DNA of 63,941 nucleotides, counting the filler, from Bigelowiella natans CCMP2755 (lineage: Eukaryota > Protista > Cercozoa): assembly GCA_000320545.1 (NCBI GenBank). It is 5 parts of 5 records of this genome, joined end to end, with 100 filler letters (N's around TTAATTAATTAA, not from the genome) between each part and the next. Parts side by side here need not be neighbours in the genome. Positions count along the whole stretch, not along the records: positions 1 to 10,702 come from ADNK01001552.1; positions 10,803 to 30,155 come from ADNK01001584.1; 3 more parts are not named here. One strand, written 5' to 3'. Of this stretch, positions 1-13,340 are shown in pieces; positions within the stretch are counted from its first letter, which is position 1, and each line of letters begins with the position of its first letter. The notes under the pieces were generated by a model. The model had not been told where the DNA came from. It searched no databases and saw only the letters and a list, made by a program, of their open reading frames with translations. The position numbers and the translations under genes are program-made.

Positions 1-202
1 AAGACGTGTGCGTGCTGTCAATGTACTGACCATAACACAGCAAATCGTGAATGTAACAGCAATTATTCCCAGCCCCGCTCATGTACCTTCCATTATTCGA
101 AACAATGCAGTGTCATATTGTTTGAATCGGAATAACCAACAGGGCTAGTGTCCGTGCTGCAGCAGAGCAACGATATTTGTGTAAATTCTCTCTCTTTCTC
201 TC

Positions 203-235
<33 letters not shown>

Positions 236-361
236 GTCTCTGTCTCTCTCTCTCTTTCTCTCTTTCTCTCTCCATCTCTTCATTTCCCTCTAGCGCAGTT
301 CTTGTGTTTTTTTGCGTGTACACTTTCATAGAAGAAGAAACTACTTTATATGATATGTGTA

Positions 362-403
<42 letters not shown>

Positions 404-559
404 GTTGGCACTTGAGAAATGTCATCGAATTGAGCATCGTCATCACGACGGCGAAGAAGAGCGTGAACAGCAAATACCTTAACCGAACAGCAAACGGCAA
501 CAACACCAACAATGGAGACAAAGTATCCGTAAATTCATCATCACTTCACTTGTGGGTAT

Positions 560-604
<45 letters not shown>

Positions 605-2863
605 TCTCTCTATGTCTGCCTGCATGCCTGCCTGTGTGTGTGTGTGTGCGTGTTCTAGGTGTATAAGGTGTATGCAACGTCAATCAACTCAACCAAATAT
701 ACAAACTGGTCTTGAAATAACTACTACTAGCAATTACTGCTGCTGCGTGAAGGCAGGATATATTGAGTATGCGGTTGTGGAAACGAAATTCAGGTAAACG
801 CTGCAGACGCCCTCGAGGCAGAACACGGTCACGAAGTAGACGAAAGCAGCCCCCTTTGCTCCGAACCCTGCAATCGAGGGGAAGGGAGAAGATTACACAT
901 GAAATCATCGGGGTGGGGAGAACTCTGCCCGGATATAGTAAGATCTTATCAGAATCAACAACTCAATGTAATGACCAGCGTTCGATTTCGAAGATGGGCG
1001 AGTTAATTCACCACGCTGCACGCTGCATTCTTTTTATGTTATTTTCCCTTAGTGCAGCAGCTGCCTACCTGCATATGCGATGTCCACGTATGTTTCGTTT
1101 GCCAATCTATGCTCTTTGATGTATCGACTCTCTTTGACCTATGTGGATGCGTATGTATATGAGAGCGAGAGCGAGAGAGAAAGACTGGGAAGGGGTGAAG
1201 GAGGGAGGAGGAGGTTCTTCGCTTTTTGTTCCCAACTTGTGTAAGAAATCAGAATAAATTATTAATTTCGATATTCAACTATTCGTTGGACTTCCCTCTC
1301 CTTTCCCTCTTCATTGTTCTTCCACCGCTCTATTTGGTTTCGATGTTTTTCGAGGAAACGATGCGAATGAAGATTCATTTACTTGCTGCATCAGCACTAG
1401 TGTCCAGGCTGTAAGGAGCGACGCTCCAATGATAGTCGCAAAGCCGCCGATCTAAGAGGCATATGACATTGATTATAAAAGGATCTTGCATAACAGCACA
1501 AAACACATAAGATCGCAACACATATTCATGCAACTCTCGATAGAGTACACGTTCTTTACTAACAGTCCAGCTGTTAGCTGTTGTTGCCATCGTCATACAT
1601 TTTATTTCCGCCTTAAAATTCCCTAGAGGCAGCCCCAATCCCCCCTCCATACTGCACAACTTTGTTATTATTATTATTTTATTATTATTATTGTCTTGGT
1701 CATCTTTTGTTTTGTTTTGCATCTGACCAGTCCCATGTTGAGAAAGGCAAAGGGCAGGGCGAAGTTTCCAGTTCCTAAATGAGTAGAACGACGGCGGAAA
1801 AATCACAACACAGCATTTAAGGGTCAAACAGTCTTCAATCTCAAGCGAAACAAGATCGATCCCCAGTCCTCTCTTCTCCTGCACGTACAGCATGGCAATA
1901 CAGCTCTCGCGCAAAGCCAAGCTTCACCGGAGATCGTCTTCGCGAGTATCAATGCCGTCTGTATCGCTGAATTTGTAGCGCCTTTGGCCTTTGCCATCGG
2001 CCGATGAGCCATAGGATCGTTCCCGCCTCCCCGTTGTTGGGAGAGGCTTTTGTTAGAGGTAGAGAATCCCACCGCCTTGTTTTCAATATGAAAGTCGAAG
2101 ATTCTGAGCCTTATTTCACGCGCACGAAGCAAGTTAATCACGAACCTGGTAGTTCTTGGAGCTGTCGATGGCCATCGTGTCCGCTCTCTGCCCAGCTCGT
2201 AGCTCGTAGTGTGTGCGGGGGTTATTTGGTAGGGTACCACCGAGCAAAGGCGAAATTCAGTTCGAAAGTATGCAAACATTTCAGAAAAGATGCGGTGAAT
2301 ATCCGCCATAATAAGATAATTCACCCATGTCGTTAGTCTAAAATCGGATGAATTTCATTAATATTCGAAAATCTCTGGCAAACATAGGTCGATAAAATAG
2401 ACTTGCAACGACTTCTCGCGTTTGGATTTTGAGAGTCAATTCCAGTAGGTCCTACGGCGAGAGAAGTCGTTACACCTGGAAATATTTTATACGAAGAACT
2501 TCCTAATGATAACTTACATAGTGCGAAACAAAAACAATAGTATATCTATCTGGCTCACCTTTCTTAAGATTTTGGATTTGCAATCAATAAAAAAACAGAC
2601 AAAATTATCTAGTATATCTTCCGTATTTATGGAGATATTTCATCGAAGAAGCACGAGTTACACGTTTTTTCCGGAAAAATATTTATACAATTAAGTAATG
2701 GACAATACCTTTATATAACCTAATATTTTGCCTAAATTTACAGCCATGGGGTCAGGCACGTGTGTAGATGAACGGTCACGATGCTTGTGTGTGAATGTTT
2801 GTGTGTGAATGTTTGTGAGTGTGTGTGTGGGGGGGGGGGGGGCGGTATGTTTGTGTGTGTACG

Positions 2864-2919
<56 letters not shown>

Positions 2920-3077
2920 TGTGTGTGTGTATGTGTGTGTATGTGTGTGTGTGTGATGGCGGACGAGTCAACATACACGGAAAGGCTGCTGAAGATGCAT
3001 TGTACAGCACCATCAATAGAAACACAGAAAGCCATTCTTTGTATTCAAACTCCAGGAGATAGCACGTCGGGAAGCGG

Positions 3078-4533
3078 ATGAATATCCTAGAAACAGTGGT
3101 GCTCCTGGGATCTGTCCTCCCCTCCGCAACAGCAGCAGGTTCTTCATCATTCCCCCCCCGTCACCAGGTGGTTTACACTCGAAGATTTTTTATGGTTTTG
3201 CGTGTTTTATACCAATTATTACAGAAGAAACTAGCATCTTTCGAACCCCCCCCCGGATTACCTCGTTTGTCTCCGAAACACGCCTTCGCCATTATGAGGG
3301 TTGGAGCCATTCGTCCAGACCTGGAGGACTTGTTCGCGGCCTCTGTGGGGGGGGCAGGCCAAACACGCGCTTCTCGACGGCAGGTGGTCGTTGTTACTTA
3401 GCGCATTGGTCTTCTTAAAAAATATATGTTTAATGTTTAATGTTCAAAAGCTACGAACACAAGCACGCGAATTATTAGGTTTAGATGCGAATATGAGTTC
3501 TATCTCTCCCCCTCTCCCCTACCGCTCTTTTCCCCTTTATTCCCCTCCCCTCCTGCTCGCTTTCTCGCTCGATCGTTCTTTGTTTGAATCATCTCTCCCA
3601 CTCCCAACCATCGCCCAGCGAGCGCGGACGGGAAGGAAAAGAAGAAGATGCCGTATGCTTTGCGAAAGCTGGGCTACGTCAAATCCCGCCCCAAAAAGTA
3701 CCGCACTCCCCGAAAGCATTACCGCTACAAGTACGCGGCGCAGAAGATCCGGGAAAAAACTTCAGGCGGCGTTCGCGAGTTCAAAGGCAAACCGGAGAAA
3801 TATGTTGGCGAGTAAGTAAGGCTTTACGCTGTGCATGTAGCGGAGTGTCAGTCGCTGCGGCCATTTGTTAGGATATGACTGCTCGAAATCTGGAGGATAT
3901 TCTCATATGACATCGATGTTATTGCGAGGGCACCCGTTTCTGTGCCTCTATTGGGTATTCCGCTCATCATTTTCCTTGTCGCGCTTTGTCATATCTAACA
4001 GGTACACCGGGATAAAGATCAGCTCAATAAGATCGCGACGCCATGATACGAGTAGCTTCTTTAACCCCGACCCAGTAGAACCTACGATGCGGCGGTTTTT
4101 CCTGCCAAGAATACATCGGGACGGGAACCTAGAGCCTCACCCCTACGCGAAGGGGTATGATACCATTACGAAATCTTCCGATGAGGAAGGGGAAGAGGGG
4201 GGGGGTAGCTTCGACGAGGAGGGGATCGGCGCGCCAATAGAGAACAGTAGCAATGGACCTAAATCAGAGAAGAAGTGGAAGGTCTTTAACGAAAACGATA
4301 ACATTTTCAACGAGCAGCAGCCTGAAGAGGCCGATGTGGACGACAATGGTAGTGTACGTGGTCGTCTGTCCAAAGGCAAAAGAGGTAGCTCAAGCAAGCA
4401 GGTGAATTCAGCTGATGAGGAGGAGGATGTAGAGGAAGATACGGCTGACGGTAGAAAGAAGCGCAAGTTGAATGCATTTCAAAATGGAAACACACAGGAG
4501 AGCGATGAGACGACTTTAGAGTTGTCTACGTAG
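3078..4533 (+). CDS. Sas10/Utp3 C-terminal-domain protein with N-terminal signal-peptide-like leader and acidic/basic C-terminal tail (about 314 aa, 4 exons)
   Basis: Phase-consistent exons 3078-3138, 3225-3383, 3619-3811 and 4002-4533 with GT-AG introns. The spliced KKKMPYALRKLGYVKSRPKKYRTPRKHYRYKYAAQKIREKTSGGVREFKGKPEKYVGE|YTGIKISSIRSRR matches the Sas10 C-terminal motif (R.PR.K.R.KY...VR.....Y.GE.TGIK...RS). Exons 1-2 are less certain. Confidence 0.75.
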
Positions 4534-5549
4534 CAGCTAGCAGCGGTAGCGTATATCTTCCTTGGTACAGCACAAAGTTCGGTAGTATCCCAGACTTCTT
4601 ATGTTTTGGCCTGCACAGTTTGAATATTGCTTGCTACACATTGTAGCTCCTTGCAACTGTTTAGAACTAAATGTCGGAAGATGGATGTAATCAATCAATT
4701 AAGATTGCTTAATGGCTATCCTTATATGTAGCTGCGCAATGCAGCGGCTACAGGGCTAGTAACATTGAATCTGTTGGTCTCAGCTGTGACGTGTGTATAA
4801 AGATGAATCAAAATGCAGCGATTATTACTTAGACAACGTATATACAGTATTCCTGTGTCTATTGTAATAACGCACATTGACCTTTTTCGCTAGCCGCAAT
4901 AGATAATAGCGCAGGCAAAAGCGGTTCAATGTATCTAGACACATGCAATGTGCATTTACTAGATCGAGAGATCGAGCGAGCTAGCGAGGGGCCCAGCTAT
5001 GCTAGGGGTGCTACTTGCAATCATAATCGCATAGATGATTTACATATTTTACTCAGAATAGGAATGCAACCTAGACTAGTAGATTCGCTTGTGTAAAGCT
5101 CTAGAGAGAGAGGGGGGGAGAGGCGGGGGACTGCTAAAGGGGCAGGTGGGAGAGCATGTACATAGCAGGAACGCTAAGAGTGGACGATGGAAGCCATGAA
5201 TAAAGTATCATAATGTGTATAATAACTGTAACGATGATGACAACATACAGGCAATGACATTGTTAACAATGCTTCAATATCATTCGCGTAGCTCTTCGTC
5301 GATCGCATCGATCGGCCAGCTTAAATTTGCTATCATTCAAATGCAAAACGTAAGGCTGCTCTAATCAGTAGTTGGCAGGTGCTATAGGGAGCAGCGGCAC
5401 GGTACATACGGCGAAATACGAGGGATTTGACGTGATGTGAATATGGGCGTCTGTGTCTTGGTAAAGCAGCATAAACAGGTCTTCTCTTTTCTCCATTATT
5501 GTTTCAGCTGCTGCTGCTGCAAGCGCGCTGCGGTTTGCCCAGTCAAGGC

Positions 5550-6662
5550 GGCCTCAAGAGAACAAAGGCTTCGAGTCGCGCCCGCGATACAAATATGGGT
5601 TGTAATGGTCGAAGACGAATTCATCGTCTTGGTCATTTCTGTGGTTGGATTTCGCGGTCTCGCTGGCTTCCTGGAAAGTGTGGGGGGGAGAGGGGGGGGG
5701 GGGGATAGGGAATGGGAGGGGTTAGCATCGATCAATAGCACGTTAGATCGGAGAACACATGACTGAAAGCAAGTGCGACAAGGTTGGATGCCCTAACTGC
5801 TGGCGTGTATCTTTCGCGTGCCGCTGCTCTCCTCCTCTCCCCTCAACGAGGAGGAGGAGGAGAAGATGCCGCTCTGAGCACGGAGAATGGGGTTACGCTG
5901 CATTACATCGATTGCTTGTTGTAATGACTGACTGACTGACGGCCGTGTATGCTCGAAGCATCATTGAAACGGGAGGAACGAGCACTTACGTCGTTGTTCT
6001 TCCCGACTTTCCGCATAGCCCCCCCCCCGCGCTTCGCTTTTCTCCTCCTTCTTCTCATAGCTTTAATGTCCAGAGGCATGCGAGCAGACAACCACGCGTC
6101 CAGTGACTCATCGTCTCCTTCCTCCTCTTCATCGTTATTTTGAGGAGCAAACACCCCCTTGTCCTTACGCAGGAGAGAGCGTCGTCCACTTCCCGCCCCC
6201 CCGCCTCCTCCTCGCCCATCTTGTTTCATCTTTAGAAAGTCGAGGAATAAGAGGGTGAGGCCAAAGCAAAGAGAATGATCAGGACGAAAACAAAACTTGT
6301 CCGCCCCTTCTCCCCCCCCCCCCCCCTGGAACGGAGTACAGAGATATGAACCGCGTATGTTCTAATAAGTTAGCAAAATTTTCATCGCTTTCACGCTCGA
6401 CTACCGCTAATTCTCCAATCTTAATGGTGAAAGCATAAACTCTTACATCGTCAGATGTGATGACCCTCCCCCGTGTCTGTGTAGGAAAGGAAATATTCAA
6501 ATGAGGGCATTGATCGTATTATACGTGCGATCGAATAACGTTCCATAAATTATGGGTCCCCCCCCCCCCCCCCCATTTTTCATATTTTTTCCCGAGAGAA
6601 ACCCGCTTTAGAAAAAACCGGATCTCTCCCAAGCATATGAATTCAATACGTCCCTACCTATG

Positions 6663-6705
<43 letters not shown>

Positions 6706-7700
6706 GTATTCAGCACGACCTTTTTGAGTAGCGAGACGACGTTTAAACCTGGGTCAACGGCCTTCTTCTTCTTATTATTATTCTTCTTCTTCCCCTTGTT
6801 ATTTTCCATCATCGCCATCGTCGCCGTGGCCATCTTCGTTTGCGATTCGTCTTCTTCAGTCCTCGGACCGCCCTTCCCCTCCCCATTTCCCCTCCGGCTG
6901 CTGCGCGGACCAAGCGCTCCGCCTCTCGTAGTGGCAAGAACCGAGCTATCTCCCTCCTTAGCCGTGTCGCCATTCTGTCTTCTGAAGCCCCCCCCTCTCC
7001 TTCGCCGGAGTGTCGTAGGCCTCGAGCGTGTATAGGAGGCCTTGCTGCTTGAGGCTGCCGCCTCGAGGCTGGGAGAGTAATCGTCATCGTTACCATCACC
7101 TCTGGACCTGTCTTCAATCGGTTTAAACTCATGTTCCTGCTGCTGTTTGTGAGTGTAATGAGGCCTCGCACTCCTCTCCAGAGATGACGATGAAGATGCG
7201 CGGTAGTAGTCGTTCTTGGAAATCGATGCCCTTCGTCTCGTGGGTGGGGGGCTAGATGAGGACGAGGGCTGGCAGAAATTACAGATATCAGGTCGGGGTT
7301 GGGGGAGGAGGGGGGGGGGTTGGGGGCGGGGCAGTGGATGAATGCATTTTGCTCTCTGAGATGGAAAAGTGTCGGTTGGGATTTTGGCTCTTTATTTGAG
7401 AAAGATGCGAGCTGCAGGAGGAACGAAACAAGGGTCAAAGTAAGAAAGACTGCTCAACCACCTGCAAAGAAATCGGCAGGTTATTGCGGCCATGCGTCGA
7501 CCCCTGCGAGTTGGTGCTCTCGAATGTGCGCATTTCGTAGGAGCCCGCCTGCAAAAGGGAAGGGAGAGGAGGACGAGGGAGACGAGGAGAAAGAGTGGGA
7601 GGAGGGTATCTATTATTTCCTCGCAATATGCGCTAATGTGCGCTGCAAAAAATCCGTCATGATTTCTGATTAGGCGCCGACAAGTGAAGATCAATGCCTC
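5550..7700 (-). CDS. Probable multi-exon gene, low-complexity basic/acidic protein, function unknown
   Basis: A long stop-free minus frame at about 7255-6720 (PTRRRASISKNDYYR...VDPGLNVVSLLKK) ends at a GT. Further exon-like segments lie at about 6230-5950 and 5670-5550. Exon chain not resolved. Confidence 0.3.
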
Positions 7701-10700
7701 CTCGTCGTTTTCACATACAATTTAGCCACTATGGGCTACTGCTACGACTACTACTATACCGCTGGAAGTCGCAACATCCCCGAGTTCCCGTATTCATCTG
7801 TCAAATCGATCAAAGGCCCAAACGACTAGCGGATATAAATATAGCAGCAACGAAGAACATTAGTTATGGTGGGATGCTTCCGATAGTCTCCATGACGCAT
7901 GCAATTCAGCGAACATGATTTGCATTGGAATTTTCACGCACGTTACGAGAGCTACTAGCCGATGGGTTGTTGCAGTATATTGAGCTCCCATCTAGGGTAT
8001 CATGAGCGTCGCCTGACACGAAAGCGGGAAAAAACAACGTTGTCAGGTTCGCTTTGGATTGACGCGCCCGAGATGGGATGGAGCTTACAGCATGTTATCC
8101 TCAAGACAGAAAATACGGCCCCCATTGTTTCTCCTCCGCCTCGCTTTCCCAGCGACGCAGCCTCGCGTAGTCCCTGACACGAAACGATGCAGGAAAACTC
8201 AATATTGTTTCACGTGCCGCAGAAGGATGGAAATCCCGATTACCCTGAGTGCAGACCGTCCCAATTCGAAGCAACGTCTTTATTTCCTTATTACCAGTCG
8301 GTCGCCAAGATTCGAATCAAGATGAAGGCCTGAAAATTGTCCAAAATCCAGTCATAAGAGGGCGAACACGGCGCTGAAGGACGACTTCAGGAGCTCGATT
8401 CGAAAACTCATATCCCCGACATGCGGTTCTAAATTTTCCCGGAATTATACCCTCAACACCAGTCGTGCTGGTGCCTCAGAGACGTATTTGTGGGGTTTTC
8501 CTTGCAAGTTTCCATGACAGGTTTGGGAAATTCAGTGCGGAAATGAAAATCGAAGCAACATGGGCTTGACAATGTTCTACGTGATCAAGCCTCTCGACAC
8601 ATTTTAAATCTAAAAAAAGGCACGTTCTAGCCTTTTGGGGGGGGGGGTGATCTCTCTAAGAGGAAGAGATCAGAGCTTCGTGCTCAACGTGACCGAAAAG
8701 AAGATGCGCCATAGATTTTAAACCTCTAGAGACTCTCAGAAATAAAATACAGTCTTTAATTACCATCCATTTCTATTGAACGACTTCAATATATTTCCGG
8801 TTTTTACTTTTTCGGATTCCACCCGACAGCTACGATACCCCCCGAAATCATTTGGACACGCTGCAGCCGGGGTCCCGGCAGTATTCGGAAATATCTTTGG
8901 AAAATATAGGGCGTTTTTTGAATAAAAGAGCGTTTCCTTCCTAAAAAAGGGGAAAATTGAAGGGGCTTCCATTGCGATTCGAATCTTAAAAAGCTCATTC
9001 GAAAGCCACTGATCGACTTCGCCCACCCCGACCACACTGCAGATTCGATTCCACGAGGGAGAGGGGCGAGGCTCCCTTAACTTGGGGTACCGCTCCGTGT
9101 AGTATGATCCGTTTCGTTCTCTAAGAGTTATCTTATTCCCCCCTCTCTTTTGGTCGGTAGGTTGCTGCGTCATGCACAATATTCGCCTGTACTTTTACAT
9201 CGGGGGGGGACTCTCGATGGCCGGCACGGGGCTAGTTTCCCTTACGTATCTCAGAGCTCGGAAATATATCAAGAACGAGATTGTGGGATAATAATACAAA
9301 AAATAAACACGAGAAGAGAAGACGATTGTCTTTCTGTAATTCATGGTGAAAGCACGTAAAAACTTACGAGGGGTACTACTTGGTATTGATGCTATTTCCT
9401 TGATAGTTTGAGATGCTCGTCAGGCTGATGATGTGCGACTTTGTGTACTCAACAAAATGGATTCTTCCGGGGTGAGAGCCGTCGCGAGTTTGTCTCCTGT
9501 CTACTGACTATCAACATCCTTCCGCCCATCAAATAATACCTGAACTCATGTGTTTCCAGAATCTTAAACCATCTTGGCAATCACAATCTTGATGATTGGG
9601 ACTGTATTTATGAGGTAATCTCAACTGGTCACTGCGTGTGTTGTGCTCGCGTAAAGGGGGGGAGTGATTGGGTGGGGGCAGGAGTTCTTCTTTAGTGTGT
9701 TCCAAGATATTGCGGCGATAAAAATAGAGGTAAAATAGGGAGCGAATGGCAGCATATACATAGCTGTGACAAGCGTTTTCTAGTCGTTACATCTTTTGCG
9801 GAATCCTGTTAGGCCATCGTAGACTCGTTCTTTGGAATGGCGACGATTATGTGGTACCTCATGGTGGCTTGGCGGGTAAGAAAGGACTCATCTTCTGATG
9901 GATGTCACTATCTTAACAACTCTCATATTGCGATTCGTTAGGTTTATATCCAAACAAAATCTCTCGAGGTTGTAGCGAAACTAAAGCTCGCATACACATC
10001 GAACAAGCACAAAAACGAAGCCGTCTCTTCTATTCTTTATCCTGACGCTACCATCGTTCATCGCCGCCCCCCCCCCCCGCCACACACACACACAGGTTAA
10101 ACGATTGGACATTCCTTGGGCAGTACATATTTCTGTGTGGGGAATGAGTAAGCACCCCTCTAACCCCCCCCCCCCCTCCCGTGAATTAAATTTCGTTGTG
10201 TGGGAGAGAAATCGAAACATTGCACAATTCGAATGGTCATAGCGTCTCTGCAATACTCTTGCTACTGCACGCCCCTCGCACCCACATTTCCTTCATTAAC
10301 ATCGTGATTTCCACTATTGTCTTCGATTTATGAAGCACATATCCTCCTTTCCTCCTCAACGCCTGCCTCTGCGATGTATAAGATACTTCGTTATGTCGCT
10401 CACTGTTCACGGTAGGCTTGATCGTAACGGCGATTCCTCTCTCGCTACATACGATAACGGAGGACGCTTTAGATACGGGTGTGTTGTTAGCGTGTTCGTA
10501 ATCAGCCTTTCTGCAGCGTGGCTTCTTTTCTTTTGTATTGTGGTTCTCTGCTCGGGCCATCAACAACAACAACGAACGACGAAATTCCTAATCCATAGGC
10601 TTCGTTAGATTGCGCCATAACTTTCCATTACCATGTTTTTGCCTTTCTTTCTGAGCTTTCCAATATCGTATTAAACCTACTGATACTCTTCCTCCCCCCC

Positions 10701-10702
10701 CC

Positions 10703-10802
10703 NNNNNNNNNNNNNNNNNNNNNNNNNNNNNNNNNNNNNNNNNNNNTTAATTAATTAANNNNNNNNNNNNNNNNNNNNNNNNNNNNNNNNNNNNNNNNNN
10801 NN
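10703..10802. other. Assembly linker (N44-TTAATTAATTAA-N44), contig junction
   Basis: 100-nt N spacer with a central all-frame stop palindrome; the identical cassette occurs four times in the window. Confidence 0.98.
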
Positions 10803-11972
10803 CCCCCTCTCTCTTTTTTTATCTTATCTTCCTCGCCCCCCTGGAGATTAACGACCGTTAATAATGCATCATAACGACCAGAGGCCAGTGTCTTATGCTG
10901 CACACGCAGCAAAGCACAGCGCGGCGTGGGTACCCCATCCTTTTGCATCGTTTCTGCTCTTCCACGGAAAGATGTAACGTCCCTGCTCGCAGGTGGATAA
11001 AAAACTCGGTACCTAGTACACACCCCGTTCGTGCATAAACAACCACACACATAGGCACAGGCCCCCACGAAACAACAAACCAATAACAATCAATGACAAT
11101 CAACTATACACGCGCATGCACAACAGCAGTTAGATAGCTGTATGGATTGCTTGCTTTTATAATCTGTCTCGCTCTCTCCCTCCCCTCCCCCTCCCCCCCC
11201 CTCTCTCTCTTATTCACATCTCCTTCGCGCCGTGTACGCGCAGTAATTTCTAAAGAAGGCTAGCAGCGGACTGACCTTTCCCATCGTACTCGATCTCCAC
11301 GGAGGGGGAGAGTAGCACAACCCCGGTGGCGACGAGGCTGCTCCCGTTTGACCAGAATAAACGGCAGTTTTCAAGGTTGAACCAGGCTCGCGACCACGTC
11401 TATATGATGGTGATGGCTTGAGGAAGATGATGATGATGATGATGGTGATGGTGATGATGATGATGATAATGATGATGTGAAGAATGATGATGATGGTGAT
11501 GATGAGGATGACCATGATGGTAATGACTGATGGTGATGAGGATGATAATAATGATGATGGTGATGATGATGATGATGAGGATATTGATAATGGCAAATCG
11601 CTTTTAAGAATCCGATAAGCATCTTTTAAGTTCTCTACTACTGCTCACTACTACCACCTTAGTAGACGGACGCAGTAGCCTCAAAGGCCCGTTAAACGTG
11701 AATATATTGCGTCTTTCGCTAATATCATTTAGCTTCTCTTGCACCCTCCCCTTCGGCACTAGCAAGGAGCTGCTCTCGCTCATTAGACTATTCTCCTCGT
11801 TATCCACGCAACTACCTCCCTCCGTCAAATTTACGTCTTCGTAATCCGCGCTGGGAGGGGTGAGGGGAGGGGAGGGGGATGGGGGGGGAAGTTAAGAACG
11901 TCTCGATTGTGAAGTACCATACGCACACGAGCACAGCATGGACACCACACTTGTACGTACCACAAATAATAC

Positions 11973-12013
<41 letters not shown>

Positions 12014-12819
12014 GCATATTTTTATATATCTACATCATCATGCCAGCACGTCCTGCGCGCTCCATCTAATAAAGCAATTCTTACTGAAAAGCTTTGCGCT
12101 CCCTCCGCATCGTCTTCGTATCCCCTTCACCGTTGTAGTCATCGTCCTTACCGCTTCCTTTGGTAACCATCGTCTTCATCTCCCTCTCCGCCCCCTCCTC
12201 ACCACCATTCTCGGTGCTCTCTGGCACACACTGCCTTTCACAAGGACGACTCGTCTGTGCGGTAGTGTCTGCCTATGGAGCGGAGAAAGAGGAAGAGAAA
12301 TAACAGCAAAGGAAGAAGGGACAATCAGGAACAACGGCATTCGAGCTTGGTTACGACACCTTAACCCTAATGTCCCCCCCCCCCCCCACCCAAAAAAACC
12401 AAAAAAAAAAAGAAACACTTCAAGCTACCTAGTAATACTACCAAATTTTTGCCTGGGGCCTCGCTTCGTTGATTTATGACGATGTCATCGAGACATACAG
12501 CGCTGTTGTTGTCGGATTCGTGACTTGTTTTTCCATCCTCCTCCTCAGCCTGCAAGATTAAGTTTAACTTTCGGGGGGAAAAGGACGCACTCCTTTACCA
12601 TCATCCTCACGCGTAACATGGCCATATTTCATCGAGAAAGAAAGGCGTGATGATCATATTAAAAACAATGAACATAGAGTGTGTAGCAACCGCGAAAAGC
12701 TGCTTCCTCTCGGGTGTAGCACCGCGAGGTCCTTTGTAGACTTGCATTCAAATTTTCCAGAAACAACAATCACAAAAGAAAAACGAGCAAAGACTCACCC
12801 TTTGCGATTACAAAGATTC

Positions 12820-12860
<41 letters not shown>

Positions 12861-13340
12861 CATATATATCATATTTATCGTCCCCAACGGAGAACGAGGC
12901 GAGCGCAGTACATATGGCGGTAGATGTGCTTATAAGTTGTACACTTCTAGATGCATTCTATTGCGTCGTAGACATCTCCAGCAGCTGCGAGCGAGCACAC
13001 AGACTTTCTGATAAATGATGCTGGTATAACCCTCCAAGATTTCGCCGCAAAATCGAGAAGGCAATCTAAAAATCCGCTCGAAATTCTAACGAGAATCACC
13101 GTCTTTCTCCCTCCCCTTCCTCCTCATCCGCCCTTGCCCTTTCCTACGAATCTTCAGTGGAGAGTCGCTGGCCATAAAACCATCATCCCTGTCGGTGAAG
13201 TATGGCGCATGGCAGAGCAGTGTGACTGCTGTATCGATGTCACCTCGAGAGAGCTCGAGACAGCGTCTAGATTGCGTTGATATTGCGCGAATACACAACA
13301 GTGTGAATGAGTTATTTTGAATGCCTCTTGGCACAGATGG
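10803..13340 (-). CDS. PH-domain protein, 3'-truncated by contig end; possible UBA-like segment upstream
   Basis: Phase-consistent exons give FTFNGPLRLLRPSTK|TWSRAWFNLENCRLFWSNGSSLVATGVVLLSPSVEIEYDGK (11399-11276)|GTEFFIHLRAGTLHLSVEEQ (from 11012), which follows the PH beta1-beta7 pattern. Upstream ISTQSRRCLELSRGDIDTAVTLL (about 13290-13210) is UBA-like, but its link to the PH exons is unproven. 5' end not found. Confidence 0.6.
11405..11590. repeat. (GAT/GGT)n trinucleotide microsatellite tract inside an intron
   Basis: Directly visible; it generates the spurious poly-Ser/Ile/His ORFs 11210-11622. Confidence 0.9.

Noticed and set aside
93-2500. Exon-like hydrophobic segments between microsatellites, faintly ABCG-like on the minus strand
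   Set aside because: Both strands give plausible fragments; no diagnostic motif or consistent exon chain found.
9150-9880. VLNKMD (GTPase G4-like) and a TM-like ILMIGTVFYE segment
   Set aside because: The candidate frames conflict and hit stops; no other GTPase or channel motifs.
10747-10758. TTAATTAATTAA palindrome inside N runs (four occurrences)
   Set aside because: Artificial six-frame stop linker added during assembly.
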